Origin: an uncultured Verrucomicrobiae bacterium
GTDB lineage: Bacteria > Verrucomicrobiota > Verrucomicrobiia > Palsa-1439
DNA: 64,000 bases
Direction: 5' to 3'
Assembly: GCA_963812605.1 (NCBI GenBank)
Contig: CAWEWF010000014.1
Span: 64,001-128,000 of the forward strand
Every line of letters begins with the position of its first letter. Position 1 is the stretch's first letter. The position numbers and the translations under genes were made by a program. Below, piece after piece: positions 28,028-40,360 of the stretch. The notes under the pieces are model-generated. The model was not told where the DNA came from, did not search any database, and saw only the letters and a program-made list of their open reading frames with translations.

Positions 28028-28738
28028 TCATGGGTCGTAGCGAACATTCCGTTTTTTTACTTGGCCGATAGCGAGGGTCTCCACGTGTCCATCGGTGAAA
28101 AGGAAGTTGGCGGCTGTATTCGCCCGCTGCCGCCAGCGAATAAAGCCGGCACTGCTACCGGTATTAACGTCGTCAACATTCGGCCCGGGGGCAATAGGAT
28201 CGTCATTGTCTGAAGCGCCCGCAACATATTGCTGGTAGATACATTGAACGGAGTAGGCTGTCGACAGGGCGTTCCCGCTCCACGCCTGGCAGCCATCCAT
28301 GACGAGAATGGTTTCACTGGGGCGACTCAAGCGGGAGCGTCGATAGAGGCCAGTGGATCGGGTATCCGGCACGAGCATAGGATGGGCGGAATAGTCAAGG
28401 TGCCCGATGGTCGTGAGACCGTTTGGGCACTTGAACACTTTACTGTAATCGCTAGTGGTCGCGTATGTTCCCCCGGCTTTTGAGAGGTACGGTTGAATCA
28501 ACAGCGTCCAATCGGTAGTGCCGGTGTAACCAGCCGGGAAGTAATCGTCGTGATCGTCGGCATACATCAAGGTCGCTAGGCCAATCTGGCGCAGGTTGGC
28601 AACTCCGGAAGCCGTCCGGGCCGTCCGGCGCGGTCCCAGCGCCGGTAAGAGCATCCCAGCCAATATGCCAATGATGGCTATGACGACCAGGAGTTCGATC
28701 AACGTGAATGCCTTTCGGCTGTTAGCGAACATTCTCAT
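28028..28738 (-). CDS. Prepilin-type N-terminal methylation protein with H-X9-DG-like C-terminus (DUF1559-like)
   Basis: [45 protein letters not shown]. Confidence 0.88.
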   Translation of the reverse strand: MRMFANSRKAFTLIELLVVIAIIGILAGMLLPALGPRRTARTASGVANLRQIGLATLMYADDHDDYFPAGYTGTTDWTLLIQPYLSKAGGTYATTSDYSKVFKCPNGLTTIGHLDYSAHPMLVPDTRSTGLYRRSRLSRPSETILVMDGCQAWSGNALSTAYSVQCIYQQYVAGASDNDDPIAPGPNVDDVNTGSSAGFIRWRQRANTAANFLFTDGHVETLAIGQVKKRNVRYDP

Positions 28739-28886
28739 CGGATCCTTCCATGAAGGAAGGCATCGGCCAACGGCAGACATGAAAAGTGGGCGCAACCACT
28801 CGTTGTTCACCGAGTCGTGAACGTGGGACTTTGTGCCTGTTGTTTGTTTGCCCATAGTGGTTGCGCCTGAACAAATCGGCTTCTTA

Positions 28887-30383
28887 CTACGGCACCAGCA
28901 CGCGAACGCGGTAGTAGCGCGACGGTTTATTCGTCGCCCCGCCCAGATCCACCATATTGGTAAGGGTGCCAAGCCCCACACCGCCCATGAGGACGTTCGT
29001 CACGCCAGTGCTTGCGAAGTTGTTACTGTTGTAGCTGCCGTTGGCCGTGCCCACAGTGAACTCCAGCACGTTGGTGCGGCTCCCCAACGGTGGCATGCGG
29101 CTGCTATCGCCGCTGGCTCCCAGGTAACTCACAAAGACGTTCGTGCCGCCGTTCGTCGCAGCGATGCTAATGATGTGAACGTATGCCGCAGCATTGGTGG
29201 GATTGAATCCCGCCAGGAACTGGTTGGTGTTGCTCATCCCTTTGCCAAACGGATCCGCGCCCGGTCCACTGAATGCTGGATTGGTCAGTTCACCGGACGT
29301 GAAATACTGGTTCTGCCAGACTGCAAATGGATCCGTCCCCAGCGGCTGAAACGCGGCATCATCAAAATACACGGATCCACTGCTGTACGCGACGTTCTTG
29401 AACAGTAAGGTATACCGGGATAACATCGTGTTCGGGGGTGCGGTGGCAGTCAATACCAGTTGTGTGTACACATTCAGCGTTAGATTGTTCTGGTTGACGT
29501 CGACCTCCTGCGCAGCCAGCAGACCATTGGTCGTGTCCTCAAACTCAATTTTCAAGGTCGCGGCATTGTTGGTGCCGATAGGGTCGGATGACAGGCTCTG
29601 TACCCACGCCGTTGCCATCCAGGCCTGTCCCGCCGTCGCGAGGACATCCTGATACGCGCCGGAGTAGTTCGGGTCGGCATTGAATCCGCCAAACATCTTG
29701 AGGTCCTGCGTTCCGGTGTGTGAATTGCCCGAGTTACGCAGAACATTGGGGATGACGTTATTGAAGAAAACCCAGTTGAGGGCATTTGTATCTCCGAACT
29801 CAAAACCTGGATTCTCCAATTGCGTCGATGCAAACTCCGCATCATCAAAATACACGGAACCGCTGTTGAATGCGACGTTCTTAAACACTAAGGCATACCG
29901 GGCATACATCGTGTTCGGGGGTGCGGTGGCAGTCAATACCAGTTGTGTGTATACATTCAGCGTTAGATTGTTCTGGTTGACGTCGACCTCCTGCGCAGCC
30001 AGGAAACCGTTGGTCGCGTCATGAAACTCAATTTTCAAGGTCGCGATATTGTTGGTGCCCATAGGGTCGGATGACAGGCTCTTGACGAACACCGTTGCCT
30101 TCCACGTGTCTCCCGCCGTCGCGAGGACGTCCTGATACGCGCCGGAGTAGTTCGGGTCAGCGTTGAATCCGCCAAACACCTTGAGGTCCTCCGTTCCGGT
30201 GCGGGAATTGCCAAAGTCACGCTGAACATTGGGGATGACGTTATTGAAGAAAACCCAGTAAGAGGCATTTGAATCTCCGTACTCAAAGCTTGCGTTCTGG
30301 AGTTGGGCCGGGCTCGATGTTGCGAAAGCGGCGTACACGAGAAGACCAAAACCGTAGCCAATCCACTTGCTGTGCGAATTCAT
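28887..30383 (-). CDS. Secreted protein with two tandem carbohydrate-binding-like beta-sandwich domains and C-terminal 'YYR' domain
   Basis: Signal peptide; twice L.N..FE...GAYQDV...VYFDD; ends [15 protein letters not shown]. Confidence 0.8.
   Translation of the reverse strand: MNSHSKWIGYGFGLLVYAAFATSSPAQLQNASFEYGDSNASYWVFFNNVIPNVQRDFGNSRTGTEDLKVFGGFNADPNYSGAYQDVLATAGDTWKATVFVKSLSSDPMGTNNIATLKIEFHDATNGFLAAQEVDVNQNNLTLNVYTQLVLTATAPPNTMYARYALVFKNVAFNSGSVYFDDAEFASTQLENPGFEFGDTNALNWVFFNNVIPNVLRNSGNSHTGTQDLKMFGGFNADPNYSGAYQDVLATAGQAWMATAWVQSLSSDPIGTNNAATLKIEFEDTTNGLLAAQEVDVNQNNLTLNVYTQLVLTATAPPNTMLSRYTLLFKNVAYSSGSVYFDDAAFQPLGTDPFAVWQNQYFTSGELTNPAFSGPGADPFGKGMSNTNQFLAGFNPTNAAAYVHIISIAATNGGTNVFVSYLGASGDSSRMPPLGSRTNVLEFTVGTANGSYNSNNFASTGVTNVLMGGVGLGTLTNMVDLGGATNKPSRYYRVRVLVP
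29356..30303. repeat. Intragenic tandem duplication, 483-bp period
   Basis: GCATCATCAAAATACACGGA at 29356 and 29839; GAAGAAAACCCAGT at 29763 and 30246. Confidence 0.9.
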
Positions 30384-30407
30384 AAAGCTTATCCCTTCAG
30401 AACTAAG

Positions 30408-30422
30408 TGTTACGCATAACAT
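30408..30422. promoter_or_regulatory. Candidate LacI-family operator 1
   Basis: TGTTACGCATAACA pseudo-palindrome overlapping a minus-strand promoter (TTGACA at 30446-30441). Confidence 0.6.
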
Positions 30423-30608
30423 GTCACAACCAATACTTCTTGTCAACAACATTTGAAGCCAGACCCACGAGCCGGAAAGGCGGTCATCGTTACAAAAAGC
30501 GCTATTTTATTGAAAAATGCGCAAAAATGATCGGCAAATTTTGTTGTAGTTGCATCTGTTTTCATTGGCGGGGCTTCCACGAGTGGCTGTTGACAATTCA
30601 AAAAATAT

Positions 30609-30623
30609 ATGTTATGCGTAACT
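30609..30623. promoter_or_regulatory. Candidate LacI-family operator 2 (inverted copy)
   Basis: ATGTTATGCGTAAC is the exact reverse complement of 30409-30422; TTGACA at 30590. Confidence 0.6.
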
Positions 30624-30952
30624 GGTGGAAAGTGAAGGCGCGTTGCACGCGGTTGGATGGGTTCCAAGAGTCGGTCTTTGCCCAAACAATTCGTCGCAGT
30701 CCCGTTGGGTGGGTGATGAGGTTGTGACGTGAACGTGATTACTCGTATTGCACTGACCTTCATGACTGTGGGTGTGGCTTTCGTCACGCTGTTTAACCCA
30801 CAGCAAGACTGCAAGCGATTTTAGCATTGGTATATTGATATATGGATACCTTCAATTTCATCACGGCGCGCGGGATCTCTGACTCTTCGAAAAAGCCCGT
30901 TGACAAGGCAGAGACGGCGAAGCTACAAGGGCTCGCGTATTTGGGGAGCTGC

Positions 30953-31991
30953 GTGAAACGAACCGTAACAATGAACGACATTGCCCAGAAAACGGGTTTA
31001 TCGGCGATGACCGTCTCCCGAGTCCTCGCTGGCAAGAAATGGGTATCGAAGTCTACCCAGGATCGGGTTCTTCAAGTCGCGAAAGAACTCGACTATCGCA
31101 TGAACTCGCTGCCCCGCCAATTGCGGACCAATCGTAGCGAGCTAATTGGAGTGATCGCTCCTTTTAGCGGATTCGTCACGAGCTATTATTTTGGGCTGAT
31201 CCTGTGCGGGATGAACCACGCTCTGGATGGTACCCACTACCACTTGACTTTCTATGACAGCACATCCGGAAACTTGGACACGGTGGCGAAATGCCCGGAG
31301 CTTCTGTCGCGAAGGACGGGTTGACGGGTTGATTGTTGTGGATCCGACCGGTCGTGAGGACTTCTCGAAAACCTTTGTCAACCTGGGCATGCCTATGGTG
31401 GTCGTAGGTGCTTCGTACGGTAATCAGCGGATTAGTTACATCGATATGGACAATTACCAGGGCGCCGTGCTTGCCACTGAGCATCTAATTGCTCTGGGAC
31501 ATCGCCGGATCGGCTTTTGCGGTGGAATTGTTGAGCACGTCGATGCGATAGAACGCGAACGGGCGTTCCGCAAGACAATGCGCAGGCATGGCTTGCCGGT
31601 GATCGAGAAATGGGTTCTTCACTGCGACTTTGAAATGCGTAAAGCGCTGCATGCGGGACTAAAGTTGCTCGATACCCGCGATCGCCCCACCGGCATTTTC
31701 TCCGCAAATGACGTTATGGCTTTTGGTTTGATTGACGCTGCAAGGATTCTTGGACTGGCTGTGCCAAGCGATTTGTCCGTGGCTGGATTCGATGACATTG
31801 ATGACGCTGCAGCATTTCTACCGCCACTGACTACGGTGGGCCAGCCGATTCAGGAAATTGGCCGCACGGCGGTGGCCTATCTTCTGGGGGCCATTGGCAA
31901 CCCCCGTCCTCCCATCCTCCACCAGAGACTACCTGCGCAACTTTTCATACGTGCGTCGACCGCGGCGCCGCCCAAGACCGGCGGTTCGTGA
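30953..31991 (+). CDS. LacI family transcriptional regulator, frameshift near 31300
   Basis: TMNDIAQKTGLSAMTVSRVL HTH; VDGLI, HLI.LGHRRIG, ND.MA.G, VP.DLSV.GFDD, PPLTTV.QP. Confidence 0.9.
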
Positions 31992-32030
31992 GCCCTTCAC
32001 TCAAAGGTTTATGCTGATGAAGCTTGATAT

Positions 32031-34023
32031 CGATTCTTCAACGGGATCGCGACCGGCAAGACGATATCTTTGTACTGTAATTGGCTTCACAATGATTTGT
32101 TTTCATGGGTGCACGAATCGATTAGACATACCCGCAGGTTCCACCGTGAGCACGTCATCGGGATCGAATGTTCAAACGATCAGCGTGTCCCCTTTTATCA
32201 AGTCGTTCAGAAGTCCACCGGCTATTTCTTCCAGCAGGGTACGAATCTGTTCTTGTCGACAGGCGTCTGCTCTGTGAATCCTGCAGAGTGGTCACCGGGT
32301 GCCGGCGGAGTCCATCCTGAAGAAGGCACAAGGTTCCTACGATGCCTTGCCGCGGTTCGGTGGCAATACCCAGCAGTGGGCTGTAGCCACGGTGGATCGG
32401 ATTCGCTCATGGGGCTTCAACACCGCTGCGGCTTGGTGCGATGAGGAGATCTACAAGCAACCGATTCCATGCGCGCGCGTAATCTGGTTCGGCAACGATT
32501 CGCCGAGTGGCAACCGCCTTGTGGATGTGTTCAGCGCCGATTACGCGGCGCTGATTGAGGGCACCGCCGCAAAAGATGTCGAGCCGCACCGAAACGATGC
32601 ATGGTTGATCGGGTATTTTATAAATAACGAACTGCCGTGGTACGGTGAATTCGGCTGGGCAACCGATCCTGAGAAGTCGTTGTTTAACCAATACTTCGCA
32701 TTGCCCCCGGGCGCGCCAGGGCGACGCGAACTGTTTCGTTTTTTGCACGAACGCTACAGCTCCGTCGAGAAGCTGAAAGCGGATTGGAATACCAGCGCTG
32801 CCGACTGGGAAGAGTTGGAGAAAGAAGCGCACCTCACCGGCACGACGCTTACAGCTCATCGCGTGAAGTTTTCCTGGGCCGGCCGCGTGGCGGAACGTTA
32901 CTTCGCGTTATGCGCGGAGGCCATCCGCCGCCACGATCCGAATCATCTGATTCTTGGCTGCCGATTTGCAACCAAACCGCCGCGTTCTGTTGTCGAGGCG
33001 ATCGGCAACTACGCCGATGTCGTCAGTATCAATATGTATTCTAAGAGCGGCGATCTGAACTTGGAATACTTGCGTAACGTGTATGCGCTCACACGTAAGC
33101 CCATCATGATTACAGAGTTCTCCTGGCGCGGGATGCAGAACCGTTCTGGCGATGCGAACACGGGCGGCGCGGATGTGACCGTCCAGACTCAGCAGGAGAG
33201 GGCGGATCACTATCGACGTTACGTCTCGCACCTGCTGCAGGAGCCTTACATAGTCGGCATGCATTGGTTCCAATATGTGGATCAACCGCCGGCTGGCCGT
33301 TATCTCGACGGTGAGAATTCCAATTATGGCATCGTTGATATCCATGACGAGCCCTATGAGGAACTGACCGGCGCGATGCAGCAAACCAATGCGCGTCTAC
33401 CATCGCTTCGAGAGGGACGAGTGGGGACGGTTCCCGTCGCATTCGACGAGAGATCATGGAACGAATTGATGCCGATCCACGTCGCCGCAGGCAAGCTCGC
33501 TCAGCCGGTAATATTAGCAGCCGCAACGTCGAAAGCACCTCTGTCTTTGTTTGAATTGCATGCCGACAGTTCGCAGGGGAATCAAGGGGCATGGGAACGC
33601 GCTCCCGATGCCTGGATTTTCCATTATCAATCTGCTCGCGGGTGGGGGGTGCACGGTGACATACCACTTGAGGAGATCCTGCCCGCAGGTGCTGCCAACG
33701 TCGAAGTCGAGCTTCAAGCGCCATCTGGTTTGCAAATGCAAGTGTTCCTCCAAGAGACCGGGGATGGCCCGACAGGTCTACAAGTGTATCAAGGCAAGAA
33801 CGGTGCCGACGGTGAATCATTCGAGTTGCCACAATTCGCTGCCACGGGTACACGTCAGGTCGTACGCTTCAACTTGAACGATTGTGTGCGTCGGGTTTAC
33901 TGGGGTAACCAGGGGGGCAATCTAACAGTAGATACACAGGGACTCCGCAGCCTGAGTATCTATCTCCATGCCGGACAGGGATCAGGCGACGTACGCATCT
34001 ATGCCGTTAGCTTTACAAGTTGA
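32031..34023 (+). CDS. Glycoside hydrolase, GH50 (beta-agarase-like) family, two frameshifts in 5' part
   Basis: RIRSWGFNT, IGYFINNELPW, DPNHLILGCRF, DVVSIN.Y, KPIMITEF, VGMHWFQY.DQP, ENSNYG. Confidence 0.75.
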
Positions 34024-34177
34024 GGTAACACACGTATCAGACTTTGGATCAGTATCGCGGGGATTGCCTTAAATCCCAAACTGGACTGGAGGCGAGACAT
34101 GCCAAGGCGCGATGAGAACGACTAAACCAACGGCCCGCACTTGCCGCGCAGGTTTACCGGAGAACTCGTCAACGAAA

Positions 34178-34834
34178 CTACACGCGACGCCGCTTGGCGA
34201 ACGCGACAAGACCCAGCAGACCCGTCAGCGCCAGCGCGACGGTGCTCGGCTCGGGAACCAGCGTCTGGTCATCGAAGTAAACGGTGACCGGTGTGGCATC
34301 AAGGACGAGATCAAACACCTGTATGGACGCCGTGCCCGCCGGAGCAGTAGCCGTTACTGACAGTGGCACCCAAACACCCGCCACGGCATTGGTGCCGTTG
34401 ATCTCATTGCCGAGCTCGGCGTTTCCTGGCGACGTCTCGGCAGTACCGAGATTACTCCCCGTGCCAGCGGGTCCAGACCAGTAGGTAATCTGCAAGGCGC
34501 CCCAAGTGTTGACGTTGGTGCCGGGGACTGTTGGCGTGAGGCCAAATGCCGTCATGGTGAAAATCTGACCAGCACTCGCCGGGAACGTTTGATAAGCGCC
34601 TGGGACGGTGAAACCTCCCGGGCCCGCCAACTTGTTTGCATTTGTTCCGGAATGCGCGAAGTCGGTTGAAAACACGCCGCCGTTAAAGAACGTCCAACCG
34701 CCAACACCGTTGCCGGAGGGGCTGGTGACCGACCCTTCAGAACCTGGATCTACGAGAAGATTGGCCCTACTCGTTGTGGACATAGTCAGTGTGCAGACGG
34801 CGACGCAGACCAGTAGAATACTAACTCGCTTCAT
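34178..34834 (-). CDS. PEP-CTERM protein with carbohydrate-binding-like domain
   Basis: Signal peptide; GAYQ...VYFDD; VPEPSTVALALTGLLGLVAFAKRRRV. Confidence 0.9.
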   Translation of the reverse strand: MKRVSILLVCVAVCTLTMSTTSRANLLVDPGSEGSVTSPSGNGVGGWTFFNGGVFSTDFAHSGTNANKLAGPGGFTVPGAYQTFPASAGQIFTMTAFGLTPTVPGTNVNTWGALQITYWSGPAGTGSNLGTAETSPGNAELGNEINGTNAVAGVWVPLSVTATAPAGTASIQVFDLVLDATPVTVYFDDQTLVPEPSTVALALTGLLGLVAFAKRRRV

Positions 34835-35065
34835 AACCTTATCTCCCTTGGGTTTTACTAACCCTAACTATACTCGCTTGATGCAAATCATTGCAGTTTC
34901 TTCGAAATATGTCAAGCGCATATTTAGAAGCAAATGGGAACCCGTGGGTACATCATGACCCCCCTGTGGTGAAGTTGAAGGTGATGAGTATGAGGCGGCT
35001 GCGGGATGGCCAGCCGCATACGTCAATTCACAGCATGTGTGAGATGGGAGCGAGGACGCTCCACT

Positions 35066-35425
35066 CTACGATGAGCCTCTACTGATCGGGGTGATACTGA
35101 TCAAGGCTACGAAAGGTTCGGCACGGTCAAGATCGGCATACCGTCTGGGTTGCATGTGGACTGTGGCGAGTTCATTTTCCCGGAGCAAATCGGCCAGTCG
35201 ACCGAGACGCCAACCCAAAATCATCACGTCGGCGTTGGAGAAGGCGAGCGCAAGTTTTTGCGGCGGAGCGTTCTTATCTTGCCCCGCGTCCGGGTTGGGT
35301 TCCAGGGTGTAATCAATCAACTGGTTGGTGTGAAAGCCACGCCGGCGCTCCTCGTCGACATGGAACTCGATGCAGGCGCAATACTTGACGGAGGTTGTAT
35401 AGCAGTCGTCTTTGGTGGGGTGCAT
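35066..35425 (-). CDS. Hypothetical protein downstream of relaxase
   Basis: MHPTKDDCY...; joined to relaxase in ORF track only through a frameshift. Confidence 0.55.
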   Translation of the reverse strand: MHPTKDDCYTTSVKYCACIEFHVDEERRRGFHTNQLIDYTLEPNPDAGQDKNAPPQKLALAFSNADVMILGWRLGRLADLLRENELATVHMQPRRYADLDRAEPFVALISITPISRGSS

Positions 35426-35447
35426 GGGGTGATTGAGGGTTGAATGT

Positions 35448-38400
35448 TCAGACACCAATGCCGCGAGAGTGGCCGATGCTTTCAGGCGGGGTGATGCCCC
35501 GACGCAGCTTGCGGCGGGCGGACTGCTCTTGCTGCAGAGCTTCCTTGACCGTGCGAGATCGTTTGAGGCCGCTGGTTCGTTTGACGGAGTCGGCCGTTTG
35601 ACGGAGTCAGCCTGTTTTATGGACTCAGCTTGTTTGATGGACTCGGTTTGCTCAAACTTGGTCGTGACAGTTTCCTTTTGCTCAATGACGGACCGTTCGC
35701 GAAGCCATCGCTGCACATCTTCGGCCACCTGTGCGAGCCGTTGCACCGGAGATAAACGCGTGGCGCGGAAAGCTCGCGGCGACTGACGCATCGGGCGCAC
35801 CGTGCGAAAATCTTGGTGCACCGCGCTCGCCGGGGTGCCGATATCCTGCTCTTGCTGCGGTTGTCGCAGGAAACCGAGTTTGGCCAGGTCATCGCGCAGG
35901 CCTTGGAGTTCGACCGCAGCCTTGCGTTCGTGCGAATCGGTCACGCGACGCGCGAGCAGTTCGGCATCATCGGTGAACACATGAACACGCTTGCGCCCGC
36001 GCGAAATGGAAACGTAGAACTGTTCACGGTTCACCGCGCCGAACGAACGCGACGATGCGACCAAAAGCACGTCATCGACGGTCTTGCTCTGTGATGAGTG
36101 TGAGGTTACGGCGTAGCCGTGGGTGAAGGTGTTGAATGTGCCAGGCAGCACCCGGCCATCGGTGAGACTGATACGGCCACCGCTGATCTCCCGAACCTGA
36201 ACACGCTCACCGTTGATGAACTCTTTGCCATGATTAGCTTGCAACAATAGCCAATCGCCAGCAGCGACTTTCAACTCGCGGGACACGCCCACGTCGAACG
36301 AGGCGGCGGCACCGGCCGGGATAAAATCCACTTCCATTCCATCCGGACGGCGAACGCGCAGTCCGTTTTCGAGAACGGCTCGGATTTCGACCGTCTCGCC
36401 CCGATCAAAGTCGCGCGTTTTTCTGACAAAGCGCAGGCGTTGACCCGGTTCGTACTGGTTCGTATTCTTCTTTTGCGCTTGCGTCCACGAGAGCGAATCA
36501 AAAACGCACACTGTCTGCTCATCCTGGCTGACGACACCCTCAGCTTTCAGAACCTCGCGCACCTTCTCGGTCACCGCCTCAATCTCGGCCCAAGTGGGCG
36601 AGACCAGCAATGCGGACCTGCCTTGTTTGGTCGCCGACAGGTATGCCTCAGCCGCCTGCTGGTAAAGCTGCCCATCATCCGTCGCCGCCTCCGTGACCGC
36701 GCCAAGTTCCACGAGCTTGGCAAACGCCTTGTCGGTCTGTTTGGCAGCAGCCAGTTCGACGACCTGACGGAAGACGGCGGGTTTCTGGCGGCGGATGGTG
36801 GTCAGTTCGCTGAAGCGGTAGGAGGAATACTGTTCAAGGATGCGCAGCGCATCGCCGCGAGCAACGGAAGCGTGTTGGCCGGTGTCGCCGGAGAGCACCA
36901 CACGAGCGCAGTTACTAACGGCCAGATTGAACAGTTTCACCATGTCATCGAGGCCAACAGCGCCGGCTTCATCCAGGACAATCACGCTGCGGGCGGAAAG
37001 TGTTCGCTGCATGGCCCAATCCGTCAGCAGCTTGGCAAGCGTGACCGCTTCCAGCTTGTCCTTGCGTAGCGTATCGGCAGCGGCAGCAGTCGGAGCGCAG
37101 AACAGAGCCTCGAAACCTTCGTTGTCGAGTATCCGGTTCAGTTCAACGAGGACCGTGCTTTTACCGGTGCCTGCCAACCCACGGAAGCCGGTGAAGCGGT
37201 CCGGGCTGGTGAGAACATGTTCCAATGCTTTGCGCTGATCCGGGCCGAGATGAGACGGCGGTTCGTAGCCGCTGGTCATCGGGGTGACGGTGTCGATGGT
37301 GGCGTTGACCGTGCGAATCAACAAAAGCTCCTTGGTGAGGATGTCGCGGGTCGAGAACTCCGAACCGACGCGCACCAGCTCAGAGCGTTCCGCCAGTGCA
37401 TTCTTTAGCAGCGGCAGGTCCAGTTGGCCGCAGCCGTTGACCAGGGCGGCTTCCAGAATCTTGTGTTGCGGCGCGACCGAAGCACGCTCGAAAACATGCG
37501 CGATGCCGTGGTCAACAGCCTCGCGCATCGTGACCGAGTGGGTGAAATCCCCCGACTGACCATTGGCCGCTTCGACCACTTTGCGTAGCGCCCGTTTCTC
37601 GAAGAAACCGATCTCGCCAAGTTGCTGTCGGCGCACTTGATCATCGGACGCGCCCTTGAGCTTCTTGGGGCGGGACTGGTGGACGACGTGAGCGATCTCC
37701 TGCTTGGTCAGTTTGCGACCGAGCTTCGCCTCCTGACGTTTCACGGCCAGGTCCCGTTGCTGCGACCGTTTCGAGAACCGGTCAATCAACTCAGGCGCGA
37801 CGCCCTCGATCTCGAACCCATTGGCGGCCTTCCGGGTGCAGTAGCCCGAGCCGGTGGAGCCGCTTGGCCAGTTCGTTGCGATAGACGGCCGTGCCGTAGT
37901 TGAGCGCACCGAACATATCGCCGGTTTGCAGCGCCTTCCACCGCTTCTCGGACTTGTCCCAAGTGCAGTTGAACAGGACGAAATGCGTGTGCAGTTGCGG
38001 GTCCAGGGCGCGGGAAGTCGTATGCAGGAACGCTGCGCCAACCAAGTTGCCAGTGATGCGATCCTGATCTTCGAATGGCGGCCTTGCGGATACGCGTGGC
38101 GGCGAACTGCTCCAACTCACGCAGTGCCATCGTGGAGGCCTCTTGGTGTGCCTCGATGATGCGATGGTCATTCATCATGACCGCCAGAATCGACACCGAC
38201 TTGGGCGGCGAGCAGACGAAATCGAAATAGAGCCGACGCTCCCGGAACTGTTGCGGGGTGAGTTGTTCGCCTGTAGTTGGGTGCAGGTTATCGCAGAGGC
38301 GCAGGAACGCTTCGCGGGCGACAGCCTCACCTGGCTGCAAGCCCAACTGTTCTGCGCCGATGCCAATCCAATGACCGCCTTGATCGTGTGCCAACACTTC

Positions 38401-38490
38401 GCCCTGAGCGTAGTAATCGTTGTGGGAGAGGTGCTCGTCGAAGTAGGTCGTGGCAGCGGCTCGATTCTTTTGTGGGATGGCGCTGAACAT
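35448..38490 (-). CDS. MOBF (TrwC-type) relaxase-helicase, at least 3 frameshifts
   Basis: NDYY, FDFVCSPPKSVS, HTTSRALDPQLHTH, FEIEGV..FSKRS; helicase GLAGTGKST, DEAG, GYAVTSH, YVSISRGR. Confidence 0.9.
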
Positions 38491-38573
38491 GGCTGAGGAG
38501 GTTACCGGAAACCGTCGCTTAAAGTTGTTCCCAAATGGGAACCACTTGGCAGGTATCCTTGTGGTGATATGGG

Positions 38574-38640
38574 CGGCGTTGAAAGCGCCATTAGTCATCG
38601 CTCCGCAGTGTCGCACGAAAGTCGGCGTGTGTTATGTATC
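38574..38640. promoter_or_regulatory. Candidate oriT/nic region
   Basis: CGCAC-GAAA-GT(CG)GCG-TGTGTTATG resembles the R388 nic hairpin; lies between divergent relaxase and accessory genes. Confidence 0.45.
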
Positions 38641-39000
38641 TGCTACACGCGATAACGAGGTGGGCCGGGCTATAACGCTCACCGATGTCAGCGAGTATTC
38701 ATGCGGCACACTGTAACCGGAAGAGACGGACCGACCATTCGCAAATGCGATCAAATTGAACAGGCCAAGTGTGGCAGAGAAACGGAAGAATTCGGGATGA
38801 CACTTACCCCGCCTCAAAGCGGTGACGAAGCTGCTCGACCGGTGTCGGTCTGGCTGCTCGGTGGACAACGCGTGGCCGCATCGCGGACTGACGAGCGGAC
38901 TCCGCATGGCTGTCGGCAGGATCCGCGTGGTCGCACGAGTCGGCGAATGTCTCGCCGCTCGAATGTCAGCCACGAATCAAACCATTGAAATGACAATACC

Positions 39001-39387
39001 ATGAGCACACCGATTGATTACACGAGGCTGGCCGCAACCCTGGACTACGCGTCGCTGGAAAAGAAGCTGGATCAATTAACGCAGCTTGATCCACCGAGGA
39101 CGCGCAAGACTGTCGCCGACGTGTTGGAGCCACTGCGCGAACGGTTGCTCGATCTCCACCGCAAGGGGTGGAGCAGTGGCCAACTCGCCGACGAGCTGAA
39201 AACTGCCGGCGTGCCGGCGAGTGCGGCACGCTTACGCGAGTGCCTGAGTCGCTGGACGGCACGCGGCGACGGAGCCGCCAAGTCGCGCACTCGCTGCAAA
39301 TCAAAACGCGCTTCTGCGAACGCACAGGCAACGATTAGGGGAGCCACACTGGAAGGAGCAACGACAATCAGACCGGACAGGTGTTGA
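39001..39387 (+). CDS. Putative mobilization accessory DNA-binding protein
   Basis: L.PLRE.L..L..KGWS..QLA.EL...GV..S...L; divergent from relaxase. Confidence 0.55.
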   Translation: MSTPIDYTRLAATLDYASLEKKLDQLTQLDPPRTRKTVADVLEPLRERLLDLHRKGWSSGQLADELKTAGVPASAARLRECLSRWTARGDGAAKSRTRCKSKRASANAQATIRGATLEGATTIRPDRC

Positions 39388-39971
39388 CGGTACGTTGAAG
39401 GCACATGAAATCATCACCGCTTACTCACCGGTGGAATGCTGGCAGACCCGGCGGGGCGGACGCTTCTGTCGCGTTCCGCTCGCCGCGTCTGCGGCGCTGT
39501 CAGGGCGTAGCGACGGCACAGTGTCGTCCGTGGCCGCGCGTTGCTTGCCACCGACGACCAGACAGCGATCGTCAGATGGCAGTCAGCCAATTTGGGAACA
39601 CTCCGTGGTCGCGGACACACCCTGTCCGCACAGCATGCTCTCGCCGACTCCAATCATTCTCATCGCCGACTGCGAGGGATATTCACGCCGTCCTCTACGC
39701 GTCCTGTTTATGACCAGCACGGTCAAATGACTCTCCATCGTGCCATCCATGGGCGCATTATACTGCTGTATCAGTCACCAACTCTGCGTGAGTGGCCTCT
39801 TGATTGTACGGCTCGCTGCGCGCCGTCAAGATGTTCCTCGCTGCGCTGCGGTCCACCGCTGACGCTTCTTGACAGCGCTCGCTCCGCCAGCGGCCTGGTT
39901 TCTAGTACTTCACGCTGGAGCTTTTCACTGAAGGCAATCAAGCCGAAATCCATAGTACGAAAAAGGTGTCT

Positions 39972-40253
39972 ATGAACAATCAACGAACACAACTGCGCAC
40001 CACTGGCGCAGAAACCACCGCGGCACCGATTGCGCCCGGCAATTGTGGCGCGGCGCTTCCTGAGTTCGGACGGCTCGCCGACGTTCGACGCTTATTCGGG
40101 TTGAAACGTAGCTTCACCTACCAACTGATAAACGAGGGGAAAATCCGCAGTGTGAGTTTGAGAAAAGCCGGTGCGAAAACCGGCTGTCGACTGATCCACA
40201 TGCAATCCGTCCGGGACTACCTGACCTCTCAAATGGAAGGGGGTGCGTCGTGA
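39972..40253 (+). CDS. AlpA/excisionase-like HTH protein
   Basis: RLADVRRLFGLKRSFTYQLINEGKIRS...RLI; next to tRNA-proximal att. Confidence 0.78.
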   Translation: MNNQRTQLRTTGAETTAAPIAPGNCGAALPEFGRLADVRRLFGLKRSFTYQLINEGKIRSVSLRKAGAKTGCRLIHMQSVRDYLTSQMEGGAS

Positions 40254-40360
40254 ACACGAAACGCGGAAAGATGGCTGCATTGGTGGGCATCCGAGCACGC
40301 AAACAGAATACCGCAACCGCTTTTACACACCTGCGGACAAGCCCGAACGCAGACGGACTT

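Noticed and set aside
35595-35655. 18-bp repeats in the relaxase 3' end as a regulatory array or CRISPR
   Set aside because: In-frame low-complexity peptide repeat (QTESIK/QAESIK/QADSVK), no spacers
35066-38041. 991-aa ORF as a single protein
   Set aside because: Frameshift artefact: relaxase motifs start at 38490 in other frames, a stop at 35448 ends it, and a separate gene starts at 35425
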